Below, piece after piece: positions 40,911 through 54,140 of a stretch of DNA of 64,000 nt. The first letter of the stretch is position 1, and each line of letters opens with the position of its first letter. The notes under the pieces are model-generated. The model was not told where the DNA came from and did no database searches. It worked only from the letters and a program-made list of their open reading frames with translations. The DNA comes from Azolla caroliniana (Eukaryota > Plantae > Polypodiophyta): the NCBI GenBank assembly GCA_043228905.1, contig JBHGNT010000001.1, positions 30,504,001 through 30,568,000 of the forward strand, given 5' to 3'. A program made the translations under genes and the position numbers.

Positions 40911-41613
40911 GCACGTATGGGTCAAATTATAAATTATAACTCATTTTATTAGTATGGATACAAGTACACCTGATATTTTTGTAAAACTTACCTAATTAAT
41001 ATAAGTCTTTAAGTTAGTGTTTCCCTTGTCGCACAGTAGTGACATATTGAGCCATTGTTGAACTTTATTATGCCTACATTAACTTATCAACGCGTCTAAA
41101 CTTGCATGATTTCTAATGATCTCCACTCGTAGACCTATCATGTATTTTTATATTTGCAAATTCTCATCAAGTTGAGGAACATGTGATACTAGTGCATCCA
41201 ATTTTTGTAGAGAGGGTGTATTTGCTTCGTTTTAAGAAGATCATCAGAGCCCACCTACGCTTCAATCATAGCAAAACCTTTCCCAAGGGAGTCATTCAAT
41301 ACATCCCCAACAAATACTCTGACTCCAATGGAAATCGACACACCACACGTCATCGCGGACCACTATCGGAAGAAGAAAAGCAACGACGCAGGGCAAATTG
41401 ATTATGTCTTTATTGCTGTGGACCGGGGCATATTGTAGTGAACTGCCCCCATCGGCCGAAAAGGCAGGTAAATCAAATAACTGCTAGTACTAATAGTGCC
41501 AAACCGAGGTGTGTCTGATAGTCCTAATAGCCCAAGCCTTTCAAACAAATTTGAAATCCTTAGTCAATTAGAAGAAGAGTTAAACGATTAAGTCTAGCCA
41601 AAATAGGAGCCGT

Positions 41614-42349
41614 TGTCCTGAAGAATTTCGGCTAGAGGCGGAAACCGGGAAATATTGGCTACATCGACGGGGTGCAGCATGTGTGATCACCCTTGTACAT
41701 TTAGTGTGAATAACGAGGGCGCCTTTATGGCGCCGAAGAGTAGTCAAGTCGGGACAGAGAATCCCATGTAAGTTGAGATTTATCCCACATTGTAACGCAT
41801 CCCTCTTCTTGTTCTATAAAAGGGAGGGAGCGCCCCCTTTTCGAGGGGTTGCCCATTTTTGCATTCGTAGGGTAGGGTATACCATTAGAGGAAGAAACGT
41901 TCTCTCTTCCTCTTTCTTTCCTCTTGTTTACGGTTTCGTTTCTTTTCTCGGCTTCTTCCTCTTCGTCGTTCTGAGTATCGAGCCATGGCATCTCGTGTTC
42001 CTGTTTTCTGCCCGTTCTCTGTGCAAGACCCCGCTCGACACGACAAGCCCGAGAGCTCCCCCGATCGGCGGCTTGGCAATAGACGACTGTTGTAACCTGA
42101 GCTACTTAGGTCGGGCTCGATACCAGTGTTGTATCTTAGTCTTGTAATATATGCATGGAGGGTTCTGCGCACCGGTGTGTGTGTGTGGGTGGGTGTGAGT
42201 CGGTGTCAAGCGCGCTCTCTCTCTCTTTCTCTCTCCCGTTCGGTTGCTTTCGAAACGCGTCCGGAATCGTCTTCTCGGCTTCCTTTCTTCCCTCGTCCGA
42301 GATCCCCGTGGTCCCGCCCTTCTACACGCACGCGCGAAACTTCGCGACA
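41614..42349 (+). mobile_element. Solo LTR (736 bp) inserted in the chromovirus gag-pro region
   Basis: TGTC...GACA termini, 4-bp TSD CCGT; TATA-like CTATAAAAGG; absent from the sister copy at ~62075. Confidence 0.85.
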
Positions 42350-45300
42350 CCGTTTGGTTGGACAACCCTAGATATGTGCAACCCATTAGTGGTTCCATTT
42401 CCTTTAAGCAAGTTAGCAATGTGTTCTTAGCTCAAGTAATGGTTAGTACTAAAATTAATCCTCCAGTACATGTCTTAGCACTCTTAGATTCCGGAGCCAA
42501 CTCTTGCTTCATGGATAGGAATTTTGCCCAAGCTCATCAGATATCCCTAAAAAAACTCCCGTGTCCAGCCTTTGTAGTAGTCATTGATGGTCGTCCTATT
42601 GCTTCCGGAAATATTGTAGAAGAGTTAGAACCCGTTAATATTGTCCTAGATAACTTAGTGTGTGTAGTATCATTTAATATAATTAGTATCCCAGAACATC
42701 CCATTGTTTTGGGATTATCATGGTTCGAATTACATAACCCGACCATAGACGGGAGAACAAGAGAAATACGGTGTCGACAAACCCAAGGATCTACTCATAA
42801 GATTGCAACCATTTCACTACATCAATTGCGTGAGGAAAGGACGCAAGGAAGAAATGTTTCTCTTCGCAATATTAGTAAACCCCTCCAATATCAATAAAGA
42901 GGAGTCCACCGTTCAACTTCCAGAGAAGTATCGTCATTATGCCGATGTGTTCGATAAAGTACGAGCCAATACGCTTCCTCACCATCGACCGTATGATTGT
43001 CCCATTGATTTACAACCAGGAAAAGAGCCACCATGGGGACCGATCTACAATTTGTCACCAACCGAGGTAGAAGTCCTTTGAGCCTATATAGAGGAGAATT
43101 TGGCAAATGGTTTCATTCGACATTCGAAATCTCCAACCGGCGCACCCATTTTTTTCATCAAGAGAAAGGATGGATCACTTCGTCACGTCGTATATTATCG
43201 TGGGTTGAATAAAGTCATCATCAGGAATAGGTATGCACTTCCCCTTATCTCAAGTATTTTAGAACGAATCAATGGTGCAAGGTTCTTCACAAAGATGGAC
43301 TTACGGGGAGCATATAACTTCGTACGGATCCGACCAGGAGATGAATGGAAGACTGCGTTTCACACAAGATATCGGCACTTCGAGTATACGGTCATGCCAT
43401 TCGGCGTCACTAATGCGCCAGTAGTCTTCCAACACATGGCAAATGATATATTCTAAGATCTCTTGGATGATTTTTTGATCATCTATTTCGATGATATGCT
43501 AGTTTATTCGAAGACCCAAGAAGAGCATGATTCTCATGTACTATTAATACTAAAACGACTTCGAGAACATGGTCTTTATGCAAAGCTAGAAAAATGTAGT
43601 TTCGGGTGCAACTAGGTAGAATTTTTGGGCTATGTCATTTCCTCGGAAGGCATCTCCATGGATCCAACTAAGGTCAAAACAGTGGTAGAGTGGCAGACTC
43701 CACGTTCGTTGCGAGATGTGCAATGGTTTTTAGGCTTTGCCAATTTTTACCGCAAGTTCATACATGATTACTGAAAGTGTGTTCTGCCTCTCACACAACT
43801 TACCAGGAAGGGACAATCGTTCGTTTGGTTTGAAGAAACGGACATGGATTTTGAGACTCTTAAGAAGGCATTTACATCAGCTCCTATTTTAGCTCATGTT
43901 GATCCAGAAAAACCATTCATCATTGAAGTAGACGCGTTAGATTTCGCCTTGGGTAGCATTCTATCTCAACAAGGCGATGATGAAAAGCTACATCCCGTGG
44001 CTTTCCATTCACGCAAGTTTGATGTTGCGGAAATCAACTATGAAATTCATGATAAGGAGCTATTAGCAATAGTGAACTCTTTTACGCAATGGAGGCATTT
44101 TCTAGAGGGGTCTTCTCAACAAGTCATCGTATTCAGTGATCACAAAAACCTTGCCTACTTTCAAAATGCTCGTGTGTTAAATCGACGTCAAGCTCGGTGG
44201 GCCCAATTCCTCACTCGTTTCGACTTCAAAATTACATATCGTTCGGGGAAGCAACAAGGGAAGGCAGATGCATTATCACAATGCTCGTATCTAGCACCGT
44301 GTCCAAGCGAGCCGACTTTCGATAACCAAAAGCAAGTAATCCTGGAACCGGCATGATTGCAAGCAACACAGGTCTTCGGTATGCCCTTGGATTCCCACGT
44401 TATTGATACCATACATGAGGACTTGAAGACAGATGCTTTCGTTCAAGCCATTCTAGCACAAGTTGATCCCTCTTGAGCATCTTGTTCACAGTTGCAACAA
44501 CAAGGTACGGACTATAGACAATTCGAATGTCATGAAGGATTACTATTCTTTAAGAAACTCTTGTATGTTCCTAATGGTACTTGTCGCCTTCAGGTAGTCC
44601 AAAACTGTCATGACACATATACAGTTGGGCATTTTGGTAGTACTAAAACACTAGATTTAGTACAACGATCATTCTGGTGGCCCCATATGCGACAATTTGT
44701 CGAAGATTTTGTTCGGACTTGTGATACATGTTGTAGAGCAAAAATGCCAAGGCATTATCCATATGGTTTATTAGAACCATTACCAATTCCAAGGAAGCCG
44801 TGGCAATCCATTGCCCTATATTTCATCACAGATCTTCCGGTCTCTAAGGAATTTGATGCGATCTTAACACTAGTAGATCGATATACGAAGATGGCCCATT
44901 TCCTGCCAGGTACTAAGGAAATCTCCAGTGAGGAAACCGCCGAAATTGTCATGCGCGAAGTATGTCGGCATCATGGCCTTCCCGATAGTATCATCAGTGA
45001 CCGTGGACCCTAGTTCGTCTCGAAGTTCTGGAAGCACCTCTTTAAAATGCTTAAGGTCACTTGTAACCTCTCCTTCGGCTACAAGCCGCAAACAGACGAC
45101 CAAGTAGAATGAACAAATCAAACGCTGGAGCAATATCTTCTGTGCTTTTTAAGCTATCATCAAGATGACTGGGTGGATATTCTCCACTTCGCCGAATTTG
45201 CGTATAATAACTCTGTCCACTCATCAACAAAGGTGACACCATTTTATGCTTACACGGGTTGTCACCCCCGATGGTGTGTATTTGAAACCCTAGAGTTACT

Positions 45301-48300
45301 TACAAATCCTTGTGCAGAGGATCGTTTGGTGCGGCTATGTAAGATACAAGCGGATTTATTTACTCATCTACAATAAGCTCAACAAACACACAAGGTTTAC
45401 GTGGATCGTCATCGGCTTCCATCCAGTTTTGACATTGGAGATTGGGTGTGGCTACTATGACGACACATCAAGACTACTCGCCCATGCGAGAAGTTGGATT
45501 GTTGGCGATTAGGTCCTTTCTGTATTATCGGAAAGAACAGTGATGTCGCTTTTCATCTCGATCTACCTCCGCACCTACGGATACATCCGGTGTTCCATAG
45601 TTCTCTCCTAGAACCCTATCAGGACAACACCATCGTAGGTCATATTAAACCACCTCCACCCCCGATCGAACTTAAAGATGGACCTTGAGTACGAGGTTGC
45701 CGCCATCCTCGATTCCAAGATTGTTCGCAACAAGCTCTACTATTTAGTCGACTGGCTAGGGTATAGTCCCAACGAGCGTACTTGGGAACCGATAGAGAAT
45801 GTGACCAATGCTCGTGCTATTCTTGAAGACTTCCATCGTCAATATCCAGACAAACCGGGTCCTCAATCCAAAACGACTCGAACCCATGACTCGAACCCAT
45901 GACTTTATGTTACATGGGTCGAGCTCTTACCATTAGGCTATGTATTGTAATATGAAGGATATTATTTTCATTTAAGTTTTACTATAGAAAATTGATGTAT
46001 ATTCTTGATTTCTCTAGAACATTCTAGAAACTTCAGGAGTACTCCTGAGAACACTATAAAAGGATGCACACGGCATTATTTCGAACCAAATCGGTTCAAT
46101 GCCAGTCTTAAGCCTCCGAGCTACTATTGTATATTCCCTTAACATAATATATATCTTTTGTTATCCTCATTCTCTCTCTCTCTCTCTGTCACTCATTCTT
46201 TCATTCTCTCGAGAGTTCTACACCTCCCTTAGTACTAATCCTCATCTTTTAGTACTAATTCCTTCTCTGTCCTAGTACTGTTCTTGATAGTACTTCTCTG
46301 TCTTAGTACTGCACATGACACTTGTGAGTCATAAAACTTCTGTATCTCAATCATTTTGGAATAGATATGGAAGAGCATAGCCTATGAGCTCTATCTAGAG
46401 ATTGTATTGTGATCTTGATTAATATCGAATCACTCTTTTATCTTGCTTAATAGTCTATTCTATAACACGTTATCAACACGATTGGCCTCTACCATAGCAA
46501 TTAATTATTCTCTTATACATGGCTTCTCAAGCTCTACAAATAGAGAAATGCTTCTTCCCGCCACTTGCGTTCGATGGGTGAAATTATATGACTTGGATTG
46601 TTCATGTTGAAGGCCGTCTCATGGCGAAAGATCTCCTTCATACGAATCAATACTTCTTCATCAAGAATCCATCAACTCTTTGGAAGCAACTCAAAGCCCG
46701 CTTTGATCATCAACGAACTGTTCTCAGCCCCAACACTTTGCATGAATGGAATCAACTTCGTTTTCAAAATTTCAAGATAGTTGTTGAATATAATTCCTCA
46801 CTATTTGGTATCATTTCTAAACTTAAATTTTGTGGGTGTTGTCCGCCAGAATAGTAACCGACGGACAAGTGCGCAGTAATATGGAATAGAATAACATTGT
46901 AACGCATGTAACGGTTCACGTGGGAAGCGTGAACGGCTAAAAGACCCTGCGTATAGAAAGGGCAGAAAACCTCTAATAGAGGTAGCATGTAATTTTGAAT
47001 GTAAAAGGCATATCATAATAGAGTTCTATCTTCTCTGATATCTGTGCGTAGCTGTGGTTAATCTATTGTGTGTCTATAATCCTTAAGAGCGTAGGCGTGA
47101 GTAATGGTGTGTGCGCTAGTCCACTGTCTAAGGAGCTCGATTGTAGCCTTCTCCCCTTATACGCTGCTAGGTTACGAGAAGTATCCCACTAAGTATTACA
47201 CACAGACACTACCATTCGTTGTCACACAGTCACTTGGAGGTCTAGGTCGAAGGACTGACCATAGACCGTGTTCCTAATCGGTAACACTTTTGGCATGCTT
47301 GGTGATCTGTGTCTTCTCACAGATGAACAACGACGAATGGATGTTTAGTTGCAGACACCCTAGAGAACCAACACGACAAGACCGGCCAATCACAAGGTCC
47401 ATCACACGCCAGGCAGAGGAACGCGCACGGCAAAAGCCTCGCCTCAGCGACCTCAGTAACACTTGTCGGGACCACAAAGGCGATTTCTCGCTCTCCAAAT
47501 ACCTCGGCGATACGCGGGAAGCGCGCTCACCACAACAACACTGTGGTTTGTCCCTACCCGCCATAGCACCCAACATGGCCTTTGCCTATCCCCGCTTTAA
47601 CGGCGAAATCGACGCCGCAACCCACATTCGCCTGTTCCTTAATGTCTGGAATGCAAACCACATGGCACAGACTCTTTTTGAGGCAGTAGCGCACCAGTCT
47701 AAAATGACGGAGTTCGGATTAAACTTGGATGGGAGAGCGGCGTTTTGGAATTCGCAAATGGATCTGCCAGCAATCACGACCTTCGACCAACTGCAGTCTG
47801 CCTTTTTGCGGTTCTTTCATCGGAGGGTGCCGCAACGCGAGATCCTCGAGCAGTTCTACACAATTAAGCAACTACCGACAGAGACGATCGCGGATTTCAG
47901 CTTACGTTTCCAAAATCTACGACGGAAATTAGAACGGGGCCTGGCGGAGGACGAGGCCATGGAGACATTTTTGGTAGCATTACGCCGTCCCATACGGACA
48001 ACGCTCAACAACAATAGCGTGAAAGGGGAAACAACCGATATGGTCATAGAAAGAGCGCTACAACTCGAGCTGGATGAAGAAGAGGAAAGGTTTTCCATGT
48101 CTTCATTATGACAAGCGTTACCTCATGACGAGGAACGACATTTTCGTCAAGCGATCCAGTGCACGATTTGCTTGAATTCGGAGTATTCCGCAGTGGAGTG
48201 CAACATGCGAATCCACTGTCCAATCTGTCACTCGAAAGCTCACACAGTTGAGAAGTGCGAGTACAATATGTTGAACAGAGCCACGCCCACAATACTTAGC

Positions 48301-48959
48301 ATGGACACACAACGTCCCCCACGCCGTAATGAACAAAGGAGGCAGGAAGACCGACCACGGTATATGGATCGCAATGCACGCGACGACCGACACTACCAGA
48401 ATCGCCGAAATCACAACGATTCCGAGGAAGACGAGCCGGAGGATGAAGACTACCGTGGCCACCCCAGACATACTAAAGGGGGCCGATGCTATGAGAATTA
48501 CCAGCCGACAAACAAACGTGGTGGCTTCGATGGACCTCAAGGAAAGCATCGCCAATATCAGGACCACCGGCGGTATGACGAAAGTTCGGACGATGACCGA
48601 CACCAGGAACCACGTCGGGACCAACAACAACCACCGCGTACGCTCCGATAAACAAAGCAGGACCAGGAGGAGCAAGTCACACTGGGGGATGGGTACACAC
48701 CACCAGGGGCCGGGAAGGGCGAATCTAGCATCCATTGTTTTGTTTGTCAACAACCCGGACATTATGCCACACAATGCCCAGTATGCAAGGGCAAGGGGCT
48801 CACTGTCAATACGATTACGACGGAAGTGCAGCAAGTCACGACACGTCAGCAAACAAAAATGGCGGATTGGGCCGCGCAAGATGAGATACGGTGTCGTGAA
48901 GATTTCCGGCTATAGTGTGAAATCGGGGTGGAATGGGCAAGTTGGTGGTGTGCAACATG

Positions 48960-50467
48960 TATCCCTGGGCTCGATCTAGGGAACCAGGGCCGTCGTTGTG
49001 CGGTTGAGATATTGTATTCACATTGCTCGACAGTGTGAGATCAGGACTGGCAGATCAGACACTGTGGCCGGTGAGGACATTCGAGGGCCAGATGGCCCAA
49101 TCCCGAGCAAACTGTGCATTGGAGGGCTTGGCGGAAGCGATTGTCCTCCTGGGGAAGGGCACTTTGCAATGAACTCATTGAGAAAGCCGTGCTTTGCTGA
49201 GTCCGATCGAGGGCGAGGACGCACGCTATGACTTGCTCGATCATTTGGTTGGCAAAATTAGTAAGTGCGAGAATCGTCCATAGAGGCTCTCGTAAGCTGG
49301 ACAGGAATGCGTCCGGAATGTGCTGTGTAGAGACATCGTCGGCCACTTGTCTGTAGAGATCCCGGAACCGGATCGTGAACTGTGCGACCATCTCGTGCGG
49401 TTCTTGTCGCATGGAAAAGAACTATCGGAGCAATTCTCGTTTGGGCACCCCGCGATGGAACAGTTCTAGGAACTCCGTGCGAACATTGTGGAAGGTGACA
49501 AACTCCCCTACGTCGAGGCGAGAATACCATCGCGCAGCTAGTCCATCGAGGGATAGCGTAAACTCGGCGATTTTTGAGGCCTCGATTTCGGTAGGCGAGA
49601 GTCGTTGTGTTGAGTGGTTGGCCTGCCAGGTGGACACGAAGGCACGGATGTGTGACTCCGCGTCGGGGTTGTTGGTGTATTGTGGGTAAGGATACAACAT
49701 GGTATCAAATTCGGGATCTTCCGGTAAAACCGGAAAAGGGTTAGGGTCAGGGTGGGTGACCTCTGGAGGGCAGGTGGCGAGGATTGCAACCGGTGAGCCT
49801 ATGATATTTCTTGGAAAGACTGGGCCATGACTGCCGAGTCGGAGGTTCCTTCAACTGGCTCAGGGCATCGGCCAGATGACCGAGACGGCTTGGTGCGATT
49901 GGGCGCCGTAATGGCGGATGAAGGTTGTCTTCAACGTAGTTCGTTGTGATCTCACAGCTATAACCGGGCGTGCCAAATTGTGTTAACCGTTCTATTGGAA
50001 ACACCTTTGATATGCCTACAAGATATCGGTATCAAGGGAAGTGTAACGTGAAGACTTGGGCACGAAGGCTTTGTTAGGGGAAGAAAACGGAGAGCATACT
50101 CAGACTACAACCCGTTTCGTATACGTAGTTGAGACCTTAGAAACGACGGCACACAGATAGAAACAACAAGAGCTAATAGATATGTATTACTACAAATAGT
50201 TATCGATGATTACAAAAACACGACCCCTTGCCGGTGACCTTACAAAACTCTTATAATTATGAAACGACCTCGCCTAGGCTCTAGATATCTCCCCCTTGCC
50301 GAGGTACGCAGACCTTAGTTTATATACTTTTTTCTTCATACAGGGCCGAGCGGTCGGCTGACTGTGAGGCTCGAAACTCGGCGTTTACCTAACTCTACCT
50401 TCCCTACTCGCCTTACCTACCGGCGTATTACATTTAATTAATTTATATTTCTGGCCTATGGACAACA
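48960..50467 (-). mobile_element. 5' part of a related Tat-like Gypsy element in opposite orientation: LTR 50467-49981, PBS TGGCACGCCCGG, gag 49700-~49000
   Basis: Minus-strand LTR TGTTGTCC...GGTTAACA. Gag YPYPQY...DAESHIRAFVSTWQANH...KIAEF is paralogous to the plus-strand gag and has a CTVC..GH...CP knuckle. Confidence 0.7.
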
Positions 50468-51188
50468 AACCCTAGGCCACAAAAAGAAGGAAAGAGAAGG
50501 TTTTCTGCACAATACAGAAATCAACCTCCAAACTCTCAGTGCTCTGATCACTCCCCTTCCTCACCTTCTTCTCCATCCTATCACAGAGCTCAAGCCCACC
50601 GCCACCAACAGTTTTCACCCCCTAGCCACAAGCCTATTCTGACTATGCCGATATTCATCTCTACCGCTTTGCGTCGATGGCTCGTGGAGAAACGTTTGGA
50701 TGGGCACATCAGGGTTGCGGAGGCACCTGCACACCCTGATGCACTGGACATCGTCAGAAAGTTCAACATCGACAGGGTCACCAACTCATCCATTCATAAC
50801 AAGGTGAAAGGCATTTCGAAATCCCTCCTGCGGGGTCCCTGTAGAGGTATTTCGGTCCATATTCGTAATTCGCCAAGGCATATAGAACGAAACAGATCTT
50901 AGATCCCTTTTTACGTGAAATCGCCCAATTCCTATTAGAGGTCAGATGCACACATGTAAACGCATATGGGATGCCCAAGCAGAAGGCAGGTATCATCATT
51001 GATACCTTTGAAGGGCGTACGGTCGATTGGGCGGTCATCACAGGCCCGACGTTAAGGGAAGGCCTGCATGGGTATCAAGGAGGCAAAAAGCTCAGGCCTA
51101 TCATACAACAGTACCTGACGGTATTATTCCCACCCCGAGGCCTGCCGGCACCACAGCCCAACAAACCCACGCCGCCGCCTCGATCTGC

Positions 51189-51843
51189 TGTCGTGGAGAA
51201 AACCGTCCCTAGGAGGAAACAAAAGAAACCGTGCACGAACCGGCCCTTCCATGTGTGGGCGTGTGAATTGATAACTTGTACATAATTATGTGTAGGGCGG
51301 CCGATGTAAATATACCAGGTGTGACATCATTATTAGGAAATCGATGCGTATCGCTGTCCGAAGGGATAGAGAATAAAGTAATGTGACTCTGACTGAAGGA
51401 GAACGGTCTCTCCCCAACGACCTATATAAGGAAGAAGAGAAGGAAGAACATGGTATCATGCGTTAGCGAGGACGAAGTGCTGCCGGACCGTGTGCCGAGC
51501 TCTCTCTCTCCTCCTTCGGTTGTCTTTCTCTGCGGGTTTTGGGAGATCGTCGCCTCTGCTTCGTGGACAGCCCGTGCGCTTCCAACAGAGGCTCTCCCTT
51601 CGTGTTTCTGTGTTTGGCGTGTGACATATGTGTGTGTGTGTGGACTCCTGTTTAGGGTCCGTTGCCGGTGTGCCGGTTGTAATCGTTACTAGTGTTATAA
51701 TCGAATTGTTCTGTTTTCTCTCTCTCTCTCTCTTTCACTGTGTTCAGCAAAACACTCTCGCTCTCTCTCCTCTCTCACGCTCCTTAGTTCAGGGCCCCCG
51801 TGGTCCCGTCTCATTTCACCTGTGAAAGCGTAGTAACATGATA
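51189..51843 (+). mobile_element. Solo LTR, same family as 54141-54791
   Basis: Starts TGTCGTGGAGAAAACCGTCCCT; ends GTAGTAACATGATA (a C>T/G>A-decayed ACGCGACA); flanks CTGC/CCGC are consistent with a 4-bp TSD. Confidence 0.7.
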
Positions 51844-54140
51844 CCGCAAAGCGAAGGTTAGCAGAGTTAGCCACCATAGAGTGGGAGGATGAACCCCAAC
51901 CCGCCCAACCGAACACGCGAACAACGCAGGAAGAGCAGGCGGCACACACCGAGGAAGCGGCACCAGAGCTAGACGCCGAACCACAATAGGAAAGCCCGAG
52001 GCCGAAAAGGCGGAGGCTGGACAGGAAAGATGGGCGAGGGTTAGTTAAAGACGCACTCGCGGCTGCGGAAGCAACGACCATAGGCGACAGCTCCGCAGCT
52101 ACGGAGCCCAACACCACCTTCGAAGTAATCCGGGAACCACGACCGATCATTACGGCCCAGTCATAGCGAGGGAAAGCCGTATTGACATTAGAAAGCGAGG
52201 TCCTGGCTTATCCAGACATCCCGGACACGACCCATGAGTTCGGCACACTATTACACTTCGGAACCTCTTTTGAACTCATGGAATTCTTGGCAATGCAATA
52301 GATAAAAGTCTCACAACGAATGGTTTAGGAGCACGCGGAGCGCCAAATGATCGAGCGCGCATTAACACAAACGACGGAAAGCGACGATGAGGACCAGTTA
52401 GCCAGAGTCAGCAAACAGAGGAACGCCAGTATACGCCGAATGGGGATGGAACTACCCCCATTAAACGCGTCCCTTGTCGAAGTTCATAGGGAACTGGCAA
52501 TGGTCAGTATGGGCGCCAAGTATATGGCGATGAAAATAAAAATGTCTGGAAAAAGGTTAAACTCACCCAAGCCGAGCTGCAAAAAGCCAATGAATGCTTC
52601 GCGGAGTTGGAAAATAACGTGACTACGGTGCAACAGGCAACTCCACCACCAACCAACGCCATCGAACCCCTGAGGGAAGAGATTGAGGCTCAGACCGCCA
52701 TTGCCTCAAAAGCAAAACGGGCCGTACAACTAGCGGAATCAAAGATTGACCGCCTCTACACTGAACTTCACCAGTCCTCGGACAAAGAAAAGGACATCCG
52801 GGCCAACGGCCTAAAGGCAATGAAGACCCTTGAAGAGAAACTCACAGCGGGGACAACACAGCACACCCGGACAAAAGAAGAAAACGCCCAATTACGGGAG
52901 GAAGCGAAAAAATCGGAAGCGGCAATCGTGGGACTCCGGGCCTTGTTAGAGAAAAAGAAAGCATGGTTCGACAAGCAGCTAGTGGGAGAATAGGAGAGAA
53001 GGCATCAGCTCGAAATCCGCTTGAACAATGAAATGGGAAAACCGGAAGAACTACATGCGAAGGAATCCTAGCTTTGGGCAGGTATGAGGAACACGTATGA
53101 GGAAGCGGCGACAGTTAATCAGCAAGAAATCGCAAACCTCAAGAAATCTATAGAAGAAATCTATAGAAGAAGCACGCAACCGTATCCTTCTGCAAATGAA
53201 TCGGGAGAGGTTTACGACACAATTAAAAACGGCGCTAGACAAAGGATGGATGGCGTGGGCTGCACAAGCGGCAGAATTGCATAGGTATCGAGCAGATTGG
53301 GAGAACTAGAGGAAAAACGACTGAGGTTTCTATAAACTCAATGAGGAAAGCATTGTGACAGTACGCAAGGACCTAGCGTAGGACTATCATACGCTAGCGG
53401 ACCAACATTCTGAAGAACTCGCGCAGGTACTAAATGATTTTGGAGAAAGTCAGGAGGACTTGTTTCACCAGATCACACAAGCCGGCAGCACGCGAACAAA
53501 CGAGGAATCCATCGCGACACCAATTCCGGATACTGCCGAATAAGAGGAACCTCATGCCATGTCACCAGAAATTACCACTACGATGAACAACACGGAATGG
53601 CAAGCGGAGTCCCCCGCAATACCAGACAACGAAACCACCGCCCAAGTGGAACCCCATCCACCGGAGCATACGCTTACGGCCGACAACATGGAGAATGTTC
53701 CGAACCAAGAGGAGCCCGAACCCCACTCACTCCCCAGAACGTACAACGACGGTTGACATCACGGGGGAAGTGACGGACGAAACAGAACCGCGACCTACCG
53801 CAAGCCCGCGGACGGCTAAACCAAACCCCCTAGCCCAAGAAGAGCCCACAGAACCCGACCCACCCACATAGGACGACCGGGACACCATGAAAAGCCCTCC
53901 AGACCAAGCAGGGGAACCACACAACGACGCGCCTACGGGGCCTACGCCGTCCCCGGACACAGACATTGTAGCAGAACCAAACATTAGGGCCATTTTGGAG
54001 GAAGTTTAAAGGGATGGGTCCGATGTGCCAGGCACTGTCCCACAGGCATGCCAGGTGTTGTCCGTCGGAATAGTAACTGATGGACAAGTGCGTAGTAATA
54101 TGGAATAGAATAACATTGTAACGCATTTAACGGTTCACGC

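Larger units (their letters stand above)
33688..41242. mobile_element. ~7.5-kb DNA-transposon-derived insertion (DDD transposase + ParB-like gene + palindrome array) inside the Gypsy gag
   Basis: Joining 33687 to 41243 restores the gag frame (MPSTRSEPTYAS...), collinear with the uninterrupted sister copy at ~61730-61790. No clear TIR or TSD was seen. Confidence 0.8.
32396..46320 (+). mobile_element. Ty3/Gypsy chromovirus (Tcn1-like) LTR retrotransposon, near full length but pseudogenised; 5' LTR 32396-32811, 3' LTR ~45875-46320; carries two nested insertions
   Basis: 5-bp TSD CTTGT at 32391-32395 and 46321-46325; TG...CA termini. Contains gag, protease LLDSGAN, RT ([13 protein letters not shown]), RNase H (NYEIHDKELLAI), integrase (HHCC, ISDRG, GPF) and chromodomain YEVAAILDSKIVRNKLYYLVDWLGY...TWEP. 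Many C>T stop codons. Confidence 0.95.
32287..46836 (+). mobile_element. Ty1/Copia Bianca-lineage remnant: 5' LTR 32287-46467 (split by the Gypsy insertion at 32396-46320), PBS 46468-46481, gag fragment 46519-46836 truncated by a Tat-like LTR
   Basis: LTR termini TGTTAT...ATAACA are followed by CGTTATCAACACGA (Bianca-type PBS). Gag reads F.PLAFDG*NYMTW and LWKQLKARFDHQR...EWNQLRFQNFK.VVEYNSSLF.I.SKLKFCG. Confidence 0.75.

Noticed and set aside
33688-41242. Helitron or CACTA classification of the insertion
   Set aside because: No Rep/helicase motifs, no 5'-TC...CTRR-3' end pair with terminal hairpin at an A|T site, and no CACTA termini.
33688-41242. Bacterial or plasmid contamination as the source of the ParB-like gene
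   Set aside because: It has a TATA box and GT-AG intron, shows CpG-type decay, and is embedded cleanly within a plant retrotransposon gag.
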